Positions 34,401 through 38,004 of a stretch of 38,004 bases of DNA are shown here, in pieces. The notes beneath the pieces were generated by a model, which was given only the letters and a program-made list of their open reading frames with translations, did no database searches and was not told the DNA's origin. This DNA is from a virus. Taxonomy: Duplodnaviria; Caudoviricetes. How positions within the stretch are numbered: position 1 is the first letter of the stretch; every line of letters starts with the position of its first letter. The position numbers and the translations under genes are program-made. The stretch covers positions 1 through 38,004 of the IMG/VR virus record IMGVR_UViG_3300031451_000007, one strand, 5' to 3'.

Positions 34401-37194
34401 CGTCATCGCACTTTCCGGCGCGGCTACCAGCCTCACGACTACCGCGCGGGATGCCGCGAGCAAGTACGCCGAGGCGGCGAGCAAGGTCGTCTCCTTGGTT
34501 GGCAGTGGCGTGGACGCCTTCGGCAAGCTCGCCAACGTCGCACTCCCCGCCGTGACCGCGATCTACGGGTTAGACAGGCTGATCCAGGCGGCGGTGAACG
34601 ATTTCGCCGTGATCGCCGAGGCGGTCGGTACGGAGATGCTCGGGCTGGCGACCGATTTCGCGAGCGGGGCGGGTGCGGTGGCCGAGACGATCGGCAAGGC
34701 GGCGGACGGGTTCGCCAAGCTCGGCTCGTTCGCCTACACCGACGGGGCGATGGGCGGGATCTTCGCCCTCGGGAAGGCGGTCAGGCAGGCGGTCCAGGAC
34801 TTCGCGGCGATCGCCGAGCAGGTCGGCACCCCCCTCCTGGGCCTCGCCTCCTCGTTCGCCGACGGTGCGGGCAAGGTTGTCGATGTGGTCGGCAAGGGTG
34901 CGGCGGGCTTCGCCAAGCTGGCCGACTTCGCCTATACCGACGCGATCACGGCGGGGATATTCGCGTTCGGCAAGGCGGTGCGCCAGGTGGTGCTCGACTT
35001 CGGGACCATCGCGCAGCAGGTCGGCCCGGCGCTGACCGGGCAGGCGGCGATCTTCGCCGATGGGGCCGGGAAGGTCGTCGCGATCATCTCCAATGCGGTG
35101 GACGGCTTCGCCAAGCTCGCCACCTACAAGGGCATCGCCAATACGCTGATCGGCCCGTTCGTGGAGACGGTGCGGACCCTCGTCGCGGCGATCGGGCAGG
35201 CGGCGACACAGTTCACCACCGAGGGGCTGACGCAGGCGGGGCAGTTCGCGGACGCGGCGAGCAAGGCGATCGGCCTCCTCTCCGGGATCGACGGCTTCGG
35301 CAAGCTGGCGGCGTTCCAGGTTCCCGCCGCCGCGAGCATCGCCGCCTTCGCCGGCACGGTCGCGACGATGGTGCGGCAGATCGGCGCGATCGCGACCGGC
35401 TTCACCACGGACGGCTTGGCGGCGGCGAGCCTCTTCGCGGACACGGCGGGAAAGGTGCTCGGCATCGTCGGCAACGGCGTGGACGGCTTCGCCAAGCTCG
35501 CCGACTTCAAGGCCCCGCTCACCGCCACGATGGGCGCGTTCATCTCTAGCCTCTTCACCTTCACGGCCACGTTCGCGAATTGGATGCCGACCTTCGCGAC
35601 GGAGCAACTCGCGGCGGCGTCGCTCTTCGCCGACACGGCGGGGAAGGTCGTCGGGCTGATCTCGTCCGGCGTGGACGGCTTCGCCAAGCTCGCGACCCTC
35701 GTCACCCCGTCCGGCGCCGCGATCGGGGAATTCATCCGTGTCGCGACCGACATGACAAGCCGCTTCGTCGCCGCCGTGCCGACCTTCGCCGAAGGGCAGC
35801 TGGTGGCGGCCTCGCTCTTTGCGGATACGACAAGCAAGGTGGTCGGGCTGATCGGGGCGGGCGTCGATGGCTTCGCCAAGCTCGCCACCTTCAATGCTCC
35901 GCTCAACGCCGTCATGGGCGCGTTCATCGACAGCGTTTTCACCTTCACCGCGACCTTTGCCAATTGGGTGCCACGCCTCGCCTCGGAGCAACTGGCGGCG
36001 GCGGGCGCATTCGCCGACGTGGCATCCAAGACGGTCGGGCTGATCGGCTCCGGTGTGGATGGCTTCGCCAAGCTGGCATTGTTCGCCGTCCCGTCGAGTG
36101 GCGCGATGGGCGCGTTCATCGACGGTATCTTCCTCTTCACGGCGACGTTCGCGCGCTGGGTACCGACCTTCGCCGACGGGCAATTGGCGGCGGCGTCGCT
36201 CTTCGCGGATACGGCGGGCAAGGTGATCGGGCTGGTCGGGGCGGGCGTCGATGGCTTTGGCAAGCTCGCCGATTTCCGGGCACCGCTCGATGGCACGATG
36301 GGCGGTTTCCTCGCCACGCTGATCGACTTCACCGCGCGCTTCGTCGCCGCCGTGCCGCGCTTCGCCTCGGAGCAACTCGCGGCGGCATCGGCCTTCGCCG
36401 ACGTGGCGAGCAAGGCGGTGGGCCTGATCGGGACCGGGGTCGCGGGCTTCGCCGCGCTCGCCGACTTCCGCGCGCCGACCGCCGCCGCGCTGGACGCCTT
36501 CGCCTGGTCGGTCGGCCAACTGGTCGCGCGCATGGTGGGGATCGGCGCGTGGTTCGAGCAGAACGGCCTGGACGCGGCGGGCACCTTCGCCGACACGGCG
36601 GGCAAGGTGCTCGCCACGCTGGGGTCCGGGGTCTCCGGGCTGACGAGCCTCTTCACGTTCGTCGCGCCGGGCCTGGGCGCGCTGGACGCGTTCGCGGGCG
36701 CGGTGCGGGACATGGTGGCGCGTTTCACCTGGATCGCGGGGACGCTCTCCGGGGACGGCGTGCGAGCGGCGGCGGAGTTCGGCGCGGCGACCGGGACGAT
36801 CTTCGGGGCGTTGCAGTCCGCGACCGGATTCTTCAACAGCCTCGACGGCCTGCTGCTGCCCGACCGGGCCGGGATCGACCGGCTCCTCGCCCCGATCATC
36901 GACACGCTGGCGGCGGTGACGGATGCGGCGAACCGGATCGGCGCGGGCGGCCTGGAAGCGGCCACGGCGTTCAGCACGGCGGTCGGCGCGGTGTTCGGGG
37001 CGATCAACACGGCGCAGCAGGCGACGGGCGGCATCGCGCCGCTCGCGATCGGCGGTGGGGGCGGATCGGGCGGCGGTGGGGGCGGGGGGATGAGCGTGAC
37101 GATCCAGATCAATGCACCGGTGTATGGCGTGCAGGATTTGCAGGAAGCAGTCGTGAGCGGCGTGATCGAAGCGCGGCGACGCGGGCGACTCTAA
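28480..37194 (+). CDS. Tape measure protein (TP901-type N-terminal core), 2904 aa
   Basis: MPDVAELRVKI start; DFEAGM-x2-V...ELAKGG...GSDAGTSLK...IFGNDA...DNLKG core; Ala/Gly-rich repeats; C-terminal VTIQINAPVYG. Confidence 0.95.
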   Translation: MPDVAELRVKISLDGAEKVASGLKQADSSVSSFASNAGKMGGALGSVATQFAAFGVVAGGAVVAGLGAAVSKASDFEAGMSRVKAASSASASEMAALGSAAIALGADTQLAGIGATDAASAMEELAKGGVSVSDQLGGATKGALLLASSGSIAVADAAGIATKAMNIFGLAGTDVAHVADLMSAGANKSATDVGQLGAAFNQSAAVAKNAGLDIETLTGTLAFFAQRGMEGSDAGTSLKTALLALQAPTDVAAKTMSDLGINVRDANGKMLPMADIADVLKDRLSGLSDAQRDSALKQIFGNDAIRVGIGLYEGGGSAIRDWTAKVNDAGNAARTGATINDNLKGSLSQLGAVLETGAIQFGGKLTPVIRTATDEVAKFVQGVMDSPRAQAAFDSFATSAGTAITAFFTKVKDPAFQDAARQWATAALDVGKAVVSLGQNIGSTLGPPLREAVTWFNGLDQAGKEQVISFGLVAASAVKFRDELGTVKSVVEDVIKSFAAKEAAKKGLTAANNTLAGSAANTAKSFGGVAAAAVPAALAIADVAVVSGVAVGASVAMISAADGVQKKFGEQNDILAQSAAHWDAASIAIAHGGTEQNNAVVYFQKWLDVHGQTISSLAQGEMLWNQYVTATNSAGVGIAGLTTAQLGMLDPLNQTNARLGEGRIAGDNFNNTLVGIGVGAKVMVGVFSGAAADVDNLNNRLGEGRMAGDNFNNTLVGVGVGAHAMVASITAVASEQQQATKAAQDGQVAWLNAQNAQENYGGALATFGEQARHATDNFNALVQQQQAAGQQASVYSGQVGLLDGGMDRLNARYQQGIPLSAAQVASYQQAAEAAAFYRIGIGSLTESQFTSAIAAQQQIVTAEAMVRQTALLSGASTTVADSLQGQAGAYLTLVANVEATNSALRVATQEHSTLGGELNTFTGRVAALTQQEKDYAAGKAGVTALTIDERNQLGQLSGIIPGMTEAYRLQAVQVTNMEIAHVRANAALQEAQQAFQGQNTAMVSSGTALADAALKAGTLTQAQHDLAVASIASASNAFDLTAAINSIPGQHVTQFVVDAAGAIELVSQFGTHLFDVPKEYATKLQNNSTDLIPLIDQYGQAFLHVPADWVTNVNNNAGEQTPVVDGYGRIVAQIPTEWATTFLHNAGEVIPVVDNYGNVIKTVERSKVTEFIANTAGAQSAVNEFGQTVINIPPTATTTVSAPGAATAATDIGAVATAATTVPSTATTTVSAPGALGSAQAIGAHAAAALAVPQAATTNVTAPGALGSAVSIGAVTAAALAVPSATTTTSATVNTAQSAGQIAGVSAAVALVPKSFTVTANVDIGGALANIATLAANMPHSPAKEGPFKTLPNWQWVFSNFADGVSGALAEVSRLGGGISDTVAAGAKRTGEIMGSLATTVKSGMDALTGLAAFNPATMAPTDAQRGGFLAALAPLLADLNAATTAYSEESAKAATRWADTSGKLLGVVKAGLDALAGLVTFVAPAQANIAAFKFATESLVTSLGDSAAVMDADFVANAAVWAEGAGKSLTILKTGADGLRALLNFVAPTQANIAAFKFATESLVRSLGDSAVVMDSTFAANAGVWATGAGKALGILKSGVDGFAALATLVVPSQAAIGAFKFATEFVVQSIADTAAAMDARAVAAAAVWSDGAGKVLGLIKSGVDGLTALAAFVAPAPAAIDAFAVAVGQIVARFAVAAQAIGTEGVAAAGAFGTSAKLAVDTIKTGLDAFKSFKDMVIPSSGAIDELVAGVTYVVQRFADMADQMGKGALGKAQDFATAVGASAKSVQTAIGTFKSLTEAPFKGAMTAIMTEFTGDFDGALTLMKEATAAAGEYEAQAHLYEQAMKNAASWIAAGNAALATAALPGSGMGAAMADAGAHLGDSLASGMRGALEIHSPSQVMVTVGQQVVAGLVAGMSSSAQDAAKKAADVAKGIADAVTATLGAMKALGGLSMASLPSGGQVGAFVAFTGQLVIALSGAATSLTTTARDAASKYAEAASKVVSLVGSGVDAFGKLANVALPAVTAIYGLDRLIQAAVNDFAVIAEAVGTEMLGLATDFASGAGAVAETIGKAADGFAKLGSFAYTDGAMGGIFALGKAVRQAVQDFAAIAEQVGTPLLGLASSFADGAGKVVDVVGKGAAGFAKLADFAYTDAITAGIFAFGKAVRQVVLDFGTIAQQVGPALTGQAAIFADGAGKVVAIISNAVDGFAKLATYKGIANTLIGPFVETVRTLVAAIGQAATQFTTEGLTQAGQFADAASKAIGLLSGIDGFGKLAAFQVPAAASIAAFAGTVATMVRQIGAIATGFTTDGLAAASLFADTAGKVLGIVGNGVDGFAKLADFKAPLTATMGAFISSLFTFTATFANWMPTFATEQLAAASLFADTAGKVVGLISSGVDGFAKLATLVTPSGAAIGEFIRVATDMTSRFVAAVPTFAEGQLVAASLFADTTSKVVGLIGAGVDGFAKLATFNAPLNAVMGAFIDSVFTFTATFANWVPRLASEQLAAAGAFADVASKTVGLIGSGVDGFAKLALFAVPSSGAMGAFIDGIFLFTATFARWVPTFADGQLAAASLFADTAGKVIGLVGAGVDGFGKLADFRAPLDGTMGGFLATLIDFTARFVAAVPRFASEQLAAASAFADVASKAVGLIGTGVAGFAALADFRAPTAAALDAFAWSVGQLVARMVGIGAWFEQNGLDAAGTFADTAGKVLATLGSGVSGLTSLFTFVAPGLGALDAFAGAVRDMVARFTWIAGTLSGDGVRAAAEFGAATGTIFGALQSATGFFNSLDGLLLPDRAGIDRLLAPIIDTLAAVTDAANRIGAGGLEAATAFSTAVGAVFGAINTAQQATGGIAPLAIGGGGGSGGGGGGGMSVTIQINAPVYGVQDLQEAVVSGVIEARRRGRL
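34470..36660 (+). repeat. Tandem ~50-60-aa repeats in the tape measure protein
   Basis: Recurring AA-x2-FAD-x-AGKV-x-GLI-x2-GVDGFAKLA; coordinates approximate. Confidence 0.85.
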
Positions 37195-37237
37195 GCGCCC
37201 CCGGACCGGGGCGGACGCAACCCAACAGGAGGACACC

Positions 37238-37843
37238 ATGACGTTCCTACCGATCGCCAATCCACCGAACAAGCCCACGCCGGTCGGTGCAGACAAGCTC
37301 CTCGGCACCGACAGCGCCGATGGCTCGACGAAAAACTTCGCGGTGAGCGCGCTCGCCACCGTCATGGCCGCGCAAGGCCCGGCAGGCCCCGCCGGGATGG
37401 TGTGGCGGGGGGCGTGGTCGTCCGCGACCGCCTACGCGAGCGGCGATGGCGTCTCGTCCGGCGGCAGCAGCTACATCGCGACCGCCGCCAACACCAACAG
37501 CCAGCCGCCGTCCGCGAACTGGAACCTCCTGGCGCAACAGGGGGCGGCGGGGAGCGCGGGGAGCGCCCCCGCGCCGGTGACGGTCGCGGCCAACGCCACC
37601 GTCACCACGGCGCAGCGCACCATCCTGGTCGATGCCACCGGCGCGGCGCGGACGATCACCCTCTACACCGCCGTAGGCAACGCGGGCAAGGAGATCCGCG
37701 TGAAAAAGATCGCCGGGGCGAACGCGGTCACGATCGCCGCCGCCGGGTCCGAGACGATCGACGGCGCGGCGACCCTGGCGGTCGCCGGGATCAACGACAG
37801 CTACAGCCTGGAGAGTGACGGTGCCGTGTGGCGCGTGATCTAA
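37238..37843 (+). CDS. Tail fibre / minor tail-like protein with a short collagen triplet and CBM-like module
   Basis: QGPAGPAG, W-x-GAW-x4-AY-x2-GD-x-V-x3-GSSY...WNLLAQQG, and C-terminal ILVDAT...ITL...ETIDG...SDG-x2-W. Confidence 0.7.
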   Translation: MTFLPIANPPNKPTPVGADKLLGTDSADGSTKNFAVSALATVMAAQGPAGPAGMVWRGAWSSATAYASGDGVSSGGSSYIATAANTNSQPPSANWNLLAQQGAAGSAGSAPAPVTVAANATVTTAQRTILVDATGAARTITLYTAVGNAGKEIRVKKIAGANAVTIAAAGSETIDGAATLAVAGINDSYSLESDGAVWRVI

Positions 37844-37874
37844 GCGGCGAGTCGACTCGCAAAGGAGAACGCCG

Positions 37875-38004
37875 ATGACATATCTGCCGCGCGGCACCCT
37901 GCCGTCCTACACGCGCGCCGCGCTCCCGGTCGCCCCCGCCGACTACCAGCAAGCGTTCGTGACGGACGGTGCGGTGCGCGGCCCCTCTATCTGGGTGCCC
38001 TCGC
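37875..38004 (+). CDS. Virion-region protein, 3'-partial
   Basis: AAGGAG RBS; MTYLPRGTLPSYTRAALP...FVTDG is open to the window edge. Confidence 0.6.
   Translation, partial: MTYLPRGTLPSYTRAALPVAPADYQQAFVTDGAVRGPSIWVPS

Noticed and set aside
29338-37365. Very long minus-strand and alternate-frame ORFs over the tape measure gene (857, 607, 707, 931, 662 and 553 aa)
   Set aside because: Shadow ORFs from high GC3 and repetitive Ala/Gly codons; Arg-rich or mirror-image composition, with no RBS or motifs.
1-38004. Integrase, att sites, lysis cassette, tRNA or rRNA genes
   Set aside because: None was recognisable in this window, so the temperate lifestyle is inferred only from accessory content (hicAB, Arc, morons).

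Overview
A 38-kb, very GC-rich segment of a long-tailed, probably temperate siphovirus genome or prophage. The host is unknown; a Chloroflexota- or Actinomycetota-like host is only a guess. The + strand carries, in order: an early/middle region (Mom-family DNA modification enzyme, Rad52/Sak recombinase, XRE regulator, PD-(D/E)xK nuclease, replication initiator with internal iterons, RusA, MazG-like protein); an Acb2/Tad1-like anti-defence mini-gene; TerS, TerL and portal; about 3 kb of small ORFs including a truncated minor head protein; scaffold, major capsid, neck and tail genes; a tail assembly chaperone with a -1 frameshift; a ~5.8-kb accessory island; a 2904-aa tape measure protein; and the first tail-fibre-like genes. 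No integrase, att site, lysis genes, tRNA, rRNA or CRISPR array was seen. The most unusual signals are: (1) a low-GC antisense paralogue of the tail assembly chaperone, a candidate decoy for tail-assembly interference; (2) an HNH cassette that splits a nuclease gene and supplies a recoded replacement 5' end; (3) three related palindromes inside one DNA-binding-type gene; (4) a structured, mutually exclusive RNA leader before the replication operon; (5) promoter-hairpin leaders before three structural modules; (6) gene cassettes bounded by repeated RBS-ATG sequences. All family calls come from recognising motifs by eye; no database searches were run.
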